A stretch of DNA of 62,807 bases, the filler included, from Nitrospinota bacterium (GTDB lineage: Bacteria; JAUXIQ01): the NCBI GenBank assembly GCA_030620925.1. It is 9 parts of 9 records of this genome, joined end to end, with 100 filler letters (N's around TTAATTAATTAA, not from the genome) between each part and the next. Parts side by side here need not be neighbours in the genome. Positions count along the whole stretch, not along the records: positions 8,715 to 13,520 come from JAUXIQ010000199.1; positions 13,621 to 19,973 come from JAUXIQ010000123.1; positions 20,074 to 26,283 come from JAUXIQ010000131.1; 6 more parts are not named here. One strand, 5' to 3'. Shown piece by piece: positions 9,004-20,075 of the stretch. The stretch's first letter is position 1, and every line of letters begins with the position of its first letter. The translations under genes and the position numbers were made by a program. The notes below the pieces were generated by a model that saw nothing but the letters and a program-made list of their open reading frames with translations, ran no database searches and had not been told where the DNA came from.

Positions 9004-10410
9004 TTATCCTTTCTTTATGGCCACGAACAAAGTATTTCGACCTCGCTGGACAAGGAAAAGATGGGATTTGCGGTTCTTCTTCACCGTTTTTTTGAACTCC
9101 TTAACGCTGGAGATTTTCGTTCGATTTACCTCCAGGATAACATCCCTGGGTTTCATTCCGGCCTGATGGGCCAGGCTGCCCTGCTCCACCCGGGTGACTA
9201 TCACCCCTTCCTCAAAATCCAGTCTCAGTTGCCGGGCTATTTCGGGGGTGAGGTCCTGGACGGTCAGGCCCAGTTCCTCTTTCAGCTCTTCGCTGGAGGC
9301 GACCTTGCTTTCCTTTTCTTCCAACTTGCCCATCTTTATACTCAAGGTTTCCCTTTTCCCCTCGCGGAAAACCTTTACATTCACCTTTTTCCCCACTGGC
9401 GTAACCGCCGCCATCCTGGGAAGGTCGCTGGACTCTTCCACGACCTTACCGTCGAACTCCAGAATGATATCCCCCCGTTTTACACCGCCCTTTTCAGCGG
9501 GGCTGTTGTCCATGACTTCCGCCACCAGGGCGCCGACCACTTTTTTCAGCCCGAAAGTGTCTGCGAGCTCCTTGGTAACCGGTTGAATATAGATACCCAG
9601 CCAGCCGCGCTCCACGCTACCCTTTTCTCGTAGCTGAGGGATGAAGCTCTTGGCCATGTTGATGGGAATGGCGAAACCTATTCCCTGGCCGCCTGAAATA
9701 ATGGCCGTGTTGATGCCCACCACTTTACCGTCTATATCGAAAAGGGGGCCTCCACTGTTGCCGGGGTTGATGGAAGCGTCGGTCTGAATGAAATCATCAT
9801 ATGGGCCGGCCCCTATGATGCGCCCTTTAGCGCTCACGATACCCGAAGTTACCGTGTGGCCCAGGCCGAAGGGATTGCCTATGGCTACCACCCACTCACC
9901 CACCCTTAATCCATCAGAATCGCCCAGTTCAGCCGCAGGAAGATCCTTTTTCGTTTTCACCTTTATCAGTGCGATGTCCGTTTTGGGGTCCCTTCCCACC
10001 ACCTCGGCGTGATACTCGGTCTTGTCAGAGAGGATCACTTTAATATCGGAGGCGTTTTCCACCACGTGGTTGTTGGTGACAATGTATCCGTCCTTGCTGA
10101 TTATAAAGCCCGAGCCCAGACTCTGGCGTTTGAACTCCTGCTGCGGGATATCGCCGAAAAAGCGTCTGAAAAACTCCTCGAAAGGGTCCTTCCCGGACGG
10201 GCCGCGAGGACCGAAGAAGGGAGACGGCCCGCGGCGGTAAACCTGGGTGGTGCTTATATTCACCACTGTGGGGGTAAGCTTTTCAGCCAGCGACGCTATG
10301 GTGTCCGAATCTATGGGGATACCGGCTAGAGCCGATGAAGATAAACCCCATGAAAAGAACAAGAGCGCCGCTAAAACGAAAACACCGTAAGAGAGATACT
10401 CCCTTTTCAT
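9004..10410 (-). CDS. degP: DegP/HtrA (Do/DeqQ family) serine endoprotease with two PDZ domains
   Basis: Signal peptide, LGSGFII, TNNHVV, DIAL, IQTDASINPGNSGGPL, two PDZ domains. Confidence 0.93.
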   Translation of the reverse strand: MKREYLSYGVFVLAALLFFSWGLSSSALAGIPIDSDTIASLAEKLTPTVVNISTTQVYRRGPSPFFGPRGPSGKDPFEEFFRRFFGDIPQQEFKRQSLGSGFIISKDGYIVTNNHVVENASDIKVILSDKTEYHAEVVGRDPKTDIALIKVKTKKDLPAAELGDSDGLRVGEWVVAIGNPFGLGHTVTSGIVSAKGRIIGAGPYDDFIQTDASINPGNSGGPLFDIDGKVVGINTAIISGGQGIGFAIPINMAKSFIPQLREKGSVERGWLGIYIQPVTKELADTFGLKKVVGALVAEVMDNSPAEKGGVKRGDIILEFDGKVVEESSDLPRMAAVTPVGKKVNVKVFREGKRETLSIKMGKLEEKESKVASSEELKEELGLTVQDLTPEIARQLRLDFEEGVIVTRVEQGSLAHQAGMKPRDVILEVNRTKISSVKEFKKTVKKNRKSHLFLVQRGRNTLFVAIKKG

Positions 10411-10929
10411 TTCACCTCCAAAAGATAAACTAAAGTTAAACTTGAACGTTTACTTTCTCTAAACAGTAAAATACCAGACTCCTTATAGATAAATAGACGA
10501 AGTCGCCCTCGAAAAAGTTTATACCATAGGCCCTTTTTCCCCCTCTACCTTCAACCCGCGCGCAGGCACGACCCCGCGCTTCGCGGGATTGTTGCCCTAG
10601 CGTGAACGGTACATCCGAAATATACAGGCACACCCGCGCTACAAAAGTATTCCTGAAACAGATTATACTCCGGATAGGATATATACTCCAAACGGTGCTC
10701 CCTCGTAATAGTTGGGTTAATATAATACTTGAGTCTTCCGGTGTCAATTTACCCTAAAATATACACCTTTAGCCTCTCTTCACTGCATCCCTGCGATGTT
10801 TTTTGTATAGTTATACCAAAAAAGAGCGATACACGCATAAAATGGCAGATAATCAAAGATTTTAAGTGTTTATTGGCTTATAATAGCCTTAAAACCCTGA
10901 TATTAACGAGAACGGGCCCAATTTTTCTG

Positions 10930-10957
10930 TTGACAAGTTTTCAAAAACAGATAGATT
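10930..10957 (+). promoter_or_regulatory. Sigma70-type promoter of groESL
   Basis: TTGACA (10930-10935), 16 nt, TAGATT (10952-10957), immediately upstream of the CIRCE. Confidence 0.7.
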
Positions 10958-10963
10958 CCTTTG

Positions 10964-10990
10964 TTAGCACTCTCTACTGGAGAGTGCTAA
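10964..10990 (+). promoter_or_regulatory. CIRCE element (HrcA operator)
   Basis: Perfect TTAGCACTC-N9-GAGTGCTAA upstream of groES. Confidence 0.97.
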
Positions 10991-11187
10991 CAATTTGGCC
11001 TCGAAATCCAGTAGTAAAACAGGGAGGATAACTGTCCGCCTATACCTTTAATTTTTTTGTATGCCGTCGATGTCGGCTTTAAGATAACTTCTTTCCCGTA
11101 GAGGGACAAGTTGTATAAGAATCAGTTTTTCACCATCTCTGTCGATTTTCAAACACCAAATCTAAAGATCTTGAAGGAGAGAGAAGT

Positions 11188-11478
11188 ATGAAAATCAGAC
11201 CGCTTCACGACAGAATTCTTGTAAAGAGGACAGAAGAAGAGGAGGAGGAGAAGAAGGGAGGAATCATCATCCCCGACACCGCCAAAGAAAAACCCCAGGA
11301 AGGCGAGATAGTCGCCGTGGGGAGCGGTAAGATAACCGAAGACGGCAAGAAGCAGCCCCTGGAGGTGAAGAAAGGCGACAAGGTGCTTTTCAGTAAGTAC
11401 GCGGGCACGGAAGTGAACGTACAAGACCAGGAGATGCTGATGATGAGGGAGGATGACATCCTGGGCATCATCGAGTAG
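11188..11478 (+). CDS. groES: Co-chaperonin GroES
   Basis: [44 protein letters not shown]. Confidence 0.98.
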   Translation: MKIRPLHDRILVKRTEEEEEEKKGGIIIPDTAKEKPQEGEIVAVGSGKITEDGKKQPLEVKKGDKVLFSKYAGTEVNVQDQEMLMMREDDILGIIE

Positions 11479-11540
11479 AGAGCTTTTCAGTTAAACGGAT
11501 AAGCAGTCATCAAGAGTAAAACTGCAACGAATGAAGATGA

Positions 11541-13196
<1,656 letters not shown>

Positions 13197-13239
13197 AAGA
13201 AAAGCCGGTTACGGTAATTCGCTGAAAAACGGCAACAAT

Positions 13240-13280
13240 AAGAAAGCCTCCGTTCCCGGAAGAGCGGGGGCTTTCTTTTA
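13240..13280 (+). terminator. Intrinsic terminator after groEL
   Basis: AAGAAAGCCTCCG..CGGGGGCTTTCTT followed by a T run. Confidence 0.8.
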
Positions 13281-13520
13281 CCCAATGAACTGAAATCGTT
13301 CAGGGCGGCCTACATCCCGCCTGCCGCGGTAGGATGTTGCTCCTACCCACCCCCCTTGCTTAAGCAACCTCCCGCAACCCGTTATGCAAATAAAATCAGT
13401 GATTTAACGGTTATCGCCAGTTGATTGTTGTATTCCTTTGTCTTTGCAAAACACTTATAAATCAGTAACTTAACTCAGTGGAGTAAAGGTTGCTTGACCG
13501 CCTCACACCAGGTCTGAAGA

Positions 13521-13620
13521 NNNNNNNNNNNNNNNNNNNNNNNNNNNNNNNNNNNNNNNNNNNNTTAATTAATTAANNNNNNNNNNNNNNNNNNNNNNNN
13601 NNNNNNNNNNNNNNNNNNNN
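13521..13620. other. Artificial contig linker
   Basis: 44 N + TTAATTAATTAA + 44 N. Confidence 0.97.
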
Positions 13621-13622
13621 CA

Positions 13623-14177
13623 GACATGGGCATGGTAGCAGCCGGGAGGAAGCAGGGGGTATCGGCAACCGCATACCTTTTCGAGTCCTTGATAGACCCC
13701 GGGGCACACATTGTAGAGGGCTACGGAAACATAATGCCCCCGGTTCACAAAGCGCCTATTTCCCTGAACGAATCGGAACTGATGACCATGGTGGCGTTTC
13801 TGCAGAGCCTGGGGGGAACGGTTACAGTGACCCGCGAGGATATCCCCCCTGAGGTGAGGAAGGCCGGGGCGGGTTCAGTTGCCTCTGGCGTGGGAGTTGG
13901 TGCGGTTCCGGGGGTAGCCGAGAAGGGGGAAGAACTGTTTCGCAAGCACTGCACGGTCTGCCATATAGTTAAGGGCGTGGGAGGGGCTCTGGGTCCCGAC
14001 CTTAGTTCTATAGGAGCCCGGAAGGAAGAAGGATTCATCGGAGAGTCCATACTCATCCCGGGAGCGGTGATTGCCGAGGGTTACCCTCCGGTAATGCCGC
14101 CTAATTTCTCTGAGCAGCTCACAGTTAAGGGGTTCAGCGACCTTATGGCATATATAATGAGCCTTAAAGGAGAATAG
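13623..14177 (+). CDS. c-type cytochrome, probably multi-domain; 5' truncated
   Basis: CTVCH heme motif with GPDL and VMP axial Met. The upstream segment YLFESLIDPGAHIV..NIMP is the tail of another class I cytochrome c domain. Confidence 0.85.
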   Translation, partial: DMGMVAAGRKQGVSATAYLFESLIDPGAHIVEGYGNIMPPVHKAPISLNESELMTMVAFLQSLGGTVTVTREDIPPEVRKAGAGSVASGVGVGAVPGVAEKGEELFRKHCTVCHIVKGVGGALGPDLSSIGARKEEGFIGESILIPGAVIAEGYPPVMPPNFSEQLTVKGFSDLMAYIMSLKGE

Positions 14178-14181
14178 GATA

Positions 14182-14916
14182 TTGCGGTCGAAGTTCGTTC
14201 AGGTAGTATTGATAGCAGTGGTTATTTTCCTGTTTCTGAAACTGGGTATCAGGCCGCCTATACCCGGCAGCCTCATTACCCTCTTCATGGCCATAACCGC
14301 TTTAACCCTTTTTATCTATGTTTCGTCCGACGAGGAATCATGGCAGGATTTCATCAGGCCCATACTGGCGACACTGGTTGAGGAGAAAAGGGCGAGGCTG
14401 AGGCTGATCGTATTCATAGTTTTCCCCCTCCTGGTGGGTTGGGGGACTTTGAAGGTAATGATGCCCGGCGTGGATCCCCCTGCCGAGCTGCGTGTCATAC
14501 ACCCTGCACCTCCCTCTAACATACAGTTTCGGGGGAAGAATATAAAAATTGAGGGGCTGGTAAATCCCTTGCGAGAGAACGGTGAAGAAGCATCGGGTTA
14601 TATAAAAGAAGGTATGGAGATTTATTTTAAGAACTGTTTTTTCTGTCATGGCGACGCTTTGGACGGGAATGGACATTTTACCCTGGCGTTAAACCCGCCT
14701 CCCGCTGATTTTACCGACACTGGAACCATCGCCCAATTGCAGGAATCGTATCTTTTCTGGAGGATCGCCAAAGGGGGAATCGGACTTCCCCGGCAATCAA
14801 AGCCCTGGAATTCCGCCATGCCCGCCTGGGAAGAGAACCTTACAGAGGATGCAATTTGGAAGACAATCATGTACCTATACCATGCAGCGGGAGTCTCACC
14901 ACGCACCTGGGAATAA
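14182..14916 (+). CDS. Membrane-anchored c-type cytochrome
   Basis: Three N-terminal hydrophobic helices, CFFCHG, P(P)ADF, SAMPAWE; TTG start after GGAG. Confidence 0.85.
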   Translation: MRSKFVQVVLIAVVIFLFLKLGIRPPIPGSLITLFMAITALTLFIYVSSDEESWQDFIRPILATLVEEKRARLRLIVFIVFPLLVGWGTLKVMMPGVDPPAELRVIHPAPPSNIQFRGKNIKIEGLVNPLRENGEEASGYIKEGMEIYFKNCFFCHGDALDGNGHFTLALNPPPADFTDTGTIAQLQESYLFWRIAKGGIGLPRQSKPWNSAMPAWEENLTEDAIWKTIMYLYHAAGVSPRTWE

Positions 14917-14921
14917 CATGA

Positions 14922-16460
14922 ATGGACGGCGAAACAGCTATGTACAAAATAAAAGATATTATGAAAACCTCTATTTCGGTACTTATGCTTAGCGGCCTTC
15001 TTGTAGCCGGAAGCCTGGCTGATGCTCAGACTGAAAAGGCCCCTGCACTCTCACAGGAAGCCGAGGCGGGGCGTTCCTTATATAACGACTGGTGCGCCGG
15101 CTGCCACGGTGCAGATGGTCTGGGGGACGGACCGGCGGCGGATTACCTCGATCCCCGGCCGCGGAATTTCGTAGACGGCGCTTTCAAGATAAGAAACACT
15201 GTTAGCGGCGAGCTGCCCACCGATGAGGACATCTTTAAGATGATCGACGTGGGGATGCCCGGCTCCTCTATGCCCGGGTGGAAGAAACAATTTTCCGAAA
15301 AGCAGATACACCAACTCGTGGCATACATTAAAACCCTCATAGACATGGAATTCTTCGGAGAAGAAATACCTGAAAAAATAACTGTCGGTGAACCCCTGCC
15401 TTCGTCAGCTGAAAGCCTGGCAAAGGGGAAGGAGCTCTATCGAAAGCTCAAATGCTGGGAGTGCCATGGAGAGGAAGGACGGGGGGACGGCCCCTCCGCG
15501 CCCACTCTGAAAGACGACTGGGGCAACCCCATCATATCCGCTGACATAACCAAAGGCTGGACCTTCAGAGGAGGCAGCCATACTTTCGATATTTATCGTA
15601 CTTTTACCACAGGTCTCGACGGAACCCCCATGCCCTCATACATAGACACTATCGGCGATGAAGACAGATGGCATCTTTCAAACTACGTTAAATCCCTGTC
15701 CCCTCTGGAGATGCCGCCGGTGAAGACGGTGCTCACCTCCAGGAGGATCAAGGGCGAGATACCCGGTAACCCCGACGACCCGATCTGGCGGCAAGGAGAA
15801 GATTATTTTTTCCCGTTAGCAGGCCAGATAGTTTTTGAGCCCAAATTATACACCCCCTCTATAGATTCCATACTGATCAAGTCTGTGTACAATGACAAGG
15901 AAGTAGCCTTCCTCATAACATGGAACGACAGAACCCGGAACGCCCCTGAGAAAGGAAAAGATGAGCTTCCCGACTCTATGGCCGTTCAATTTCCGGTTGA
16001 ACTGAAGGATGAGAGGCCTCATTTCGTCCTGGGGGATGCGGGCAACCCCGTCAATCTCTGGAAGTGGAAGGCTGGAGGTGATACATTGGAGGAAGCCAAT
16101 GCCAGGGGAGTAGGAAAGTATTTTCCCCAGGGGCCCGAAAGTCAGGGCTTGAAGGGGGATGCTGCGTATATGCACGGGCGGTGGAAGCTGATCGTGAAAA
16201 GGTCCCTGACTACCGAAGAAGAAAACAATGACATTCAGTTTGTCCCCGGGGAATTCATCCCTATTTCCTTTCTGGCCTGGGACGGGTCCAATAATGAAGC
16301 AGGGGGTAAAATGTCCCTCTCCAGTTGGTACTATCTGGTGTTAGAGAAACCCGTTACCGCCAGGGCGTTCATTTTCACTCCCCTGGCAATATTGGGTGCA
16401 GTGGGCCTGGAGTTTCTGGCTATGCGCAGGGCACGGAGGGGCGCTCGCAGCCGAAATTAA
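14922..16460 (+). CDS. Diheme c-type cytochrome fused to an ethylbenzene-dehydrogenase-gamma-like (EB_dh/DOMON-like heme b) domain, with a C-terminal TM anchor
   Basis: Signal peptide, CAGCH and CWECH, PRPRNF, GTPMP; C-terminal ITWNDRT..DSMAVQFP..NLWKWKA..WKLIVKRSL..FLAWDG. Confidence 0.82.
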   Translation: MDGETAMYKIKDIMKTSISVLMLSGLLVAGSLADAQTEKAPALSQEAEAGRSLYNDWCAGCHGADGLGDGPAADYLDPRPRNFVDGAFKIRNTVSGELPTDEDIFKMIDVGMPGSSMPGWKKQFSEKQIHQLVAYIKTLIDMEFFGEEIPEKITVGEPLPSSAESLAKGKELYRKLKCWECHGEEGRGDGPSAPTLKDDWGNPIISADITKGWTFRGGSHTFDIYRTFTTGLDGTPMPSYIDTIGDEDRWHLSNYVKSLSPLEMPPVKTVLTSRRIKGEIPGNPDDPIWRQGEDYFFPLAGQIVFEPKLYTPSIDSILIKSVYNDKEVAFLITWNDRTRNAPEKGKDELPDSMAVQFPVELKDERPHFVLGDAGNPVNLWKWKAGGDTLEEANARGVGKYFPQGPESQGLKGDAAYMHGRWKLIVKRSLTTEEENNDIQFVPGEFIPISFLAWDGSNNEAGGKMSLSSWYYLVLEKPVTARAFIFTPLAILGAVGLEFLAMRRARRGARSRN

Positions 16461-16489
16461 TTATGGAAACCAAAAGAGAGGGCAGTCTA

Positions 16490-17479
16490 ATGTACAGTAA
16501 TGTTCTCGTTCCCATCGATAATTCAGTTCCCTCACGGGATACGATTTCCGCCGCAGCCTGGTTGGGGAGAGGGTTCGGGGCGTCCATGACATGTCTCCAT
16601 GTCTACGCCGCTAAGCTTCATGAGAGGTCTTTTGTGAAGCTGGAGCCTTTCCTGCCTCATGAATATCGGGACCTAGGCCAGATGGCGGCGCAAAGGGAAT
16701 TCCACGGAGCCCTGATTGAAAAGGGCCTTCGTTCCATATCCGAATCTTATGTGCAAAAAGCGACAGAGACGCTCAAATCGGCGGGGCTCCAATGCGTATA
16801 TAAATCCATAGAGGGGAAAAACTTTCAGGTGATAGTGGAAGAGGCCGCAAATGACCCATACAATCTTATCATCATGGGAGCACACGGATGGGGAAAGGAA
16901 AGAAATTCGATATTGGGCAGTGTGTGTCACAGGGTGGTGAGGACCGTCAATAAAGATACATTGATTATAAAAAACGCTGCTGTCCTTAACAACGAGGGTG
17001 AGATAATGGTGGCCCTGGACGGAAGCCTTGACTCCTTTACTGCGCTGAATAAAGCCCTGGAGCTGGCGCTGGCTCTGGATATGAAGGTCAGCGCCGTTAC
17101 TGTTTACGATCCCCAATTCCACTACAGGGTGTTTAAAAGCTTGATGGAAGTTCTTTCCAAGGAAGCTCAAAGCATATTCCCCCTGGAACACCAGGAACGA
17201 CTGCATACCGCGGTCATTGACAAGGGCCTCAAGAACGTGGCCCAGGGCTATCTGGAGCATGCCAAAAAGGTTGGAGCCGAGCGTGGACTGCAAGTGGATA
17301 CCCACCTTCTGGAGGGAAAGCCCTTCAGTGCCATACTTGACCTCCTGGAAGAGCGACGGCCCTCATTATTGGTCACCGGGAAGCATGGAAGCCATCATAG
17401 TGAGCTAAGCACTATCGGTAGCAACACGGAAAACCTGCTGTTGCTCTCCAGCGTTAACCAGCTGGTGGCAGGCAATTAG
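16490..17479 (+). CDS. Tandem universal stress protein (two Usp domains)
   Basis: VLVPIDNS..IIMGAHG..LGSVCHRV and MVALDGS..VTGKHG..IGSNTENL. Start placed at ATG 16490 after GAGAGG. Confidence 0.85.
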   Translation: MYSNVLVPIDNSVPSRDTISAAAWLGRGFGASMTCLHVYAAKLHERSFVKLEPFLPHEYRDLGQMAAQREFHGALIEKGLRSISESYVQKATETLKSAGLQCVYKSIEGKNFQVIVEEAANDPYNLIIMGAHGWGKERNSILGSVCHRVVRTVNKDTLIIKNAAVLNNEGEIMVALDGSLDSFTALNKALELALALDMKVSAVTVYDPQFHYRVFKSLMEVLSKEAQSIFPLEHQERLHTAVIDKGLKNVAQGYLEHAKKVGAERGLQVDTHLLEGKPFSAILDLLEERRPSLLVTGKHGSHHSELSTIGSNTENLLLLSSVNQLVAGN

Positions 17480-17604
17480 CTCCGGGGAAGAACAATTCGT
17501 TGGATGTTTTTAGCCCCGCCCCACTTCTCGGAGTGTTATTTCAGGAGGAGTTTCACAAAAGTTTCCGGTAGGATGATGATCAACCCTTTTTTAAATCTTC
17601 CTCA

Positions 17605-18837
17605 ATGGTGAGGTATGTGACAATGGATTACGTTCCTTTTATAGTTTCCTGGAACAGCACAAAAAGATGCAACCTCAAGTGCGCTCACTGTTATCTGGAC
17701 GCCAGGGAACTAGAGTTCGGCGGGGAGGACGAGCTGACCACCGATGAAGGTATTCAGCTGATAGACTCCATCGCTTCCCTTAACCCCAAGGCCTTCCTCA
17801 TCCTCACCGGCGGCGAACCACTATTGAGGGAGGACGTCTTTGAGTTGGCGTCTCACGCTTCTTCCAGGGGGTTAATGGTTCTGTTGGGGACCAACGGCAC
17901 CCTGCTCGATGAGGCGATGGTGAAAAAGATCAAAGGGTGCGGGATAAGGGGACTGGGGATGAGCCTCGATTCCATGGACCCTGAAGTCCACGATTCTTTT
18001 AGAGGCATGGCAGGAAGCTGGTCGAATACGGTGGAAGGGATGAATAGATGCAGGAGCGCGGGTCTCGACTTCCAGGTACAAACCACGGCAACCCGTGGGA
18101 ACATTAGCGAGATCGCTTCCATCATAGACTATTCCCGCGAGATGGGCGCCAGGGTGTTCAACTTGTTCTTCCTGGTGTGCACCGGAAGAGGTCAAGACCT
18201 GACTGACCTTACACCCCAGGAATACGAGGAAGCCCTCTCTCTGCTCCTTGAGGAACATTCAAAGGGCGGTGATATGATGGTAAGGGCGCGTTGCGCGCCG
18301 CACTTCAAAAGGGTTGCAAGACAGAAAAACCCGGACGATTTCTTCGCCGGAGCAGAGATGAGCGGGTGTCTTGCAGCCAAGAACTACTTTCGGGTGACGC
18401 CGAACGGAGATGTAACCCCATGCCCCTACATGCCCCTTTCAGCCGGAAACTTGAGAGAGAAGGGTCTCGAGAGCATCTGGCATGATTCGGAGCTGTTTCA
18501 TAACCTGAGGAGCTCTTCGTTAAAAGGTAAATGTGGCCGTTGTGAGTTCAATGAGATTTGTGGTGGTTGCAGGGCCAGGGCTCTGGCCATAAAGGGAGAC
18601 GCTATGGAAGAAGACCCCTGGTGCCTGCATCAGCCCTCCGGGAAAAAAGAGATGGATGCTGAAGAGCAAGGCGACCTCCAATGGACTCCGGACGCAGAGA
18701 AGCTGATGGACAAAATACCCTTTTTCATCAGGAACTCTGTCAAGAAGGGAGTAATCGAGTACGCAAAGAAAGAAGGGCTCTCCCTTATCACACCCGAAAT
18801 CCTCAGCAAGTTAAAAAGAAAGGTCAGGCCTCATTAG
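17605..18837 (+). CDS. Radical SAM/SPASM protein of the NirJ/AhbC/AhbD heme biosynthesis group, with a C-terminal PCP_red-like helical domain
   Basis: CNLKCAHC, TGGEPL, FFLVCTGRG, SPASM GCLAA..PCPY..CGRCEF..CGGCRAR..DPWC; C-terminal WTPDAEKLMDKIPFFIRNSVK. Start may be 17623. Confidence 0.8.
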   Translation: MVRYVTMDYVPFIVSWNSTKRCNLKCAHCYLDARELEFGGEDELTTDEGIQLIDSIASLNPKAFLILTGGEPLLREDVFELASHASSRGLMVLLGTNGTLLDEAMVKKIKGCGIRGLGMSLDSMDPEVHDSFRGMAGSWSNTVEGMNRCRSAGLDFQVQTTATRGNISEIASIIDYSREMGARVFNLFFLVCTGRGQDLTDLTPQEYEEALSLLLEEHSKGGDMMVRARCAPHFKRVARQKNPDDFFAGAEMSGCLAAKNYFRVTPNGDVTPCPYMPLSAGNLREKGLESIWHDSELFHNLRSSSLKGKCGRCEFNEICGGCRARALAIKGDAMEEDPWCLHQPSGKKEMDAEEQGDLQWTPDAEKLMDKIPFFIRNSVKKGVIEYAKKEGLSLITPEILSKLKRKVRPH

Positions 18838-18875
18838 CTGTCAATTTTAAAAGCTTTCCTTGACAGGAATCTGCA

Positions 18876-19283
18876 GTGGATACGGAATTAACCACTCGAA
18901 ATGATACGTTAAAGGGCAGGCCCCCGGAGGCAATCTTAATCTGTCTCTATTTTTTCCTCGGTGCTTTCCTTCAACTTTACGCTTACCTTAAAGGTGCAGA
19001 AATCCTTAATTACGGCACACCCTCCATTCGGAACTTTATAATCTACTGCGGCTTTTCACCGATGGTGGGCTATTTCCTGTGGATCAAAAACAGAAGGGCG
19101 AGATTCGCGGCCTACATATTCTTGACTATGGAGATCGTGAGGTCGATTCGTGGAGGCGACCCTTTACCCCTTTCCATTGCTGCCTTGGCCATTTTGACCC
19201 TTCAAACGGCCAGGATGAGGAAAGTCTACCCTTCTTTGCTAAAAAAGGGGAAGATGAAATCATGCGCCGAAGACAATAGTTAA
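18876..19283 (+). CDS. Small hypothetical membrane protein
   Basis: About four hydrophobic segments, co-oriented with its neighbours. Confidence 0.55.
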   Translation: MDTELTTRNDTLKGRPPEAILICLYFFLGAFLQLYAYLKGAEILNYGTPSIRNFIIYCGFSPMVGYFLWIKNRRARFAAYIFLTMEIVRSIRGGDPLPLSIAALAILTLQTARMRKVYPSLLKKGKMKSCAEDNS

Positions 19284-19419
19284 CGCGAGCCCTGGCAGCG
19301 CATTACCATAGGGCTGCAGTGAAGATGGGCATGCTACCACAAAAACAGGTAAACCTCTTCTCCACAGGGAAACGAGCAGTTAAGTTTTTCAGTACAAAAA
19401 ATGGGAGGAAATACTGGAA

Positions 19420-19854
19420 ATGAAGGGATACAGAAAAGTATTATGGATTTTCATTGCCCTTTTTGTGGTCCCACAATCAACACTTGCTGTCGGTGACCTG
19501 AGCAACCAGAACCCTATAGTAGTTACCGTAATCCTTGGTTCAGAGAAAAATGAACTCACTTTTTTCCCTGAAAAACTGACTTTTGAGACCGGCAAACTTT
19601 ACAGGCTGATATTGAAAAACTCGAGTCCTCAGAAACACTATTTCACCTCACCGGGGTTTGCAGCCTCAGTCTGGACGAGAAAGGTGCAGGATAGTTCCAT
19701 GGAGGTCAAAGGGGCTATCAGAGAAATAGAGCTCCTGCCAGGTAAAACCGCCGAATGGTTTTTTGTGCCCGTAAAGACGGGAACTTTTGGACTTTATTGC
19801 CACATATCTGGTCACAAGGAAGCAGGCATGGTAGGTATCATCGAAATAAAATGA
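19420..19854 (+). CDS. Periplasmic cupredoxin (type 1 copper) protein
   Basis: Signal peptide, KHYF, and C-terminal YCHISGHKEAGMVG (C-H-M copper ligands). Confidence 0.85.
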   Translation: MKGYRKVLWIFIALFVVPQSTLAVGDLSNQNPIVVTVILGSEKNELTFFPEKLTFETGKLYRLILKNSSPQKHYFTSPGFAASVWTRKVQDSSMEVKGAIREIELLPGKTAEWFFVPVKTGTFGLYCHISGHKEAGMVGIIEIK

Positions 19855-19973
19855 TAGTTGCTCCTAACAGTATAGGGGGCACGGCGGAGATGGAATGGAA
19901 AGGAATGACCATGAGTCCCAAAATCCCCACTCTCAAGGGCGCGGCGGCCCATTTCCCGGCTCCAAGAGGCCCC

Positions 19974-20073
19974 NNNNNNNNNNNNNNNNNNNNNNNNNNN
20001 NNNNNNNNNNNNNNNNNTTAATTAATTAANNNNNNNNNNNNNNNNNNNNNNNNNNNNNNNNNNNNNNNNNNNN
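19974..20073. other. Artificial contig linker
   Basis: 44 N + TTAATTAATTAA + 44 N. Confidence 0.97.
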
Positions 20074-20075
20074 AG

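Noticed and set aside
10436-11031. Two ORFs of about 100 aa between degP and groES
   Set aside because: No homology cues; the plus-strand ORF overlaps the promoter and CIRCE; this is a divergent regulatory region.
13385-13480. Imperfect direct repeat AAATCAGTGATTTAAC / AAATCAGTAACTTAAC near the contig end
   Set aside because: Could be integrase arm-type sites, but no integrase, tRNA or att core is visible; too little support.
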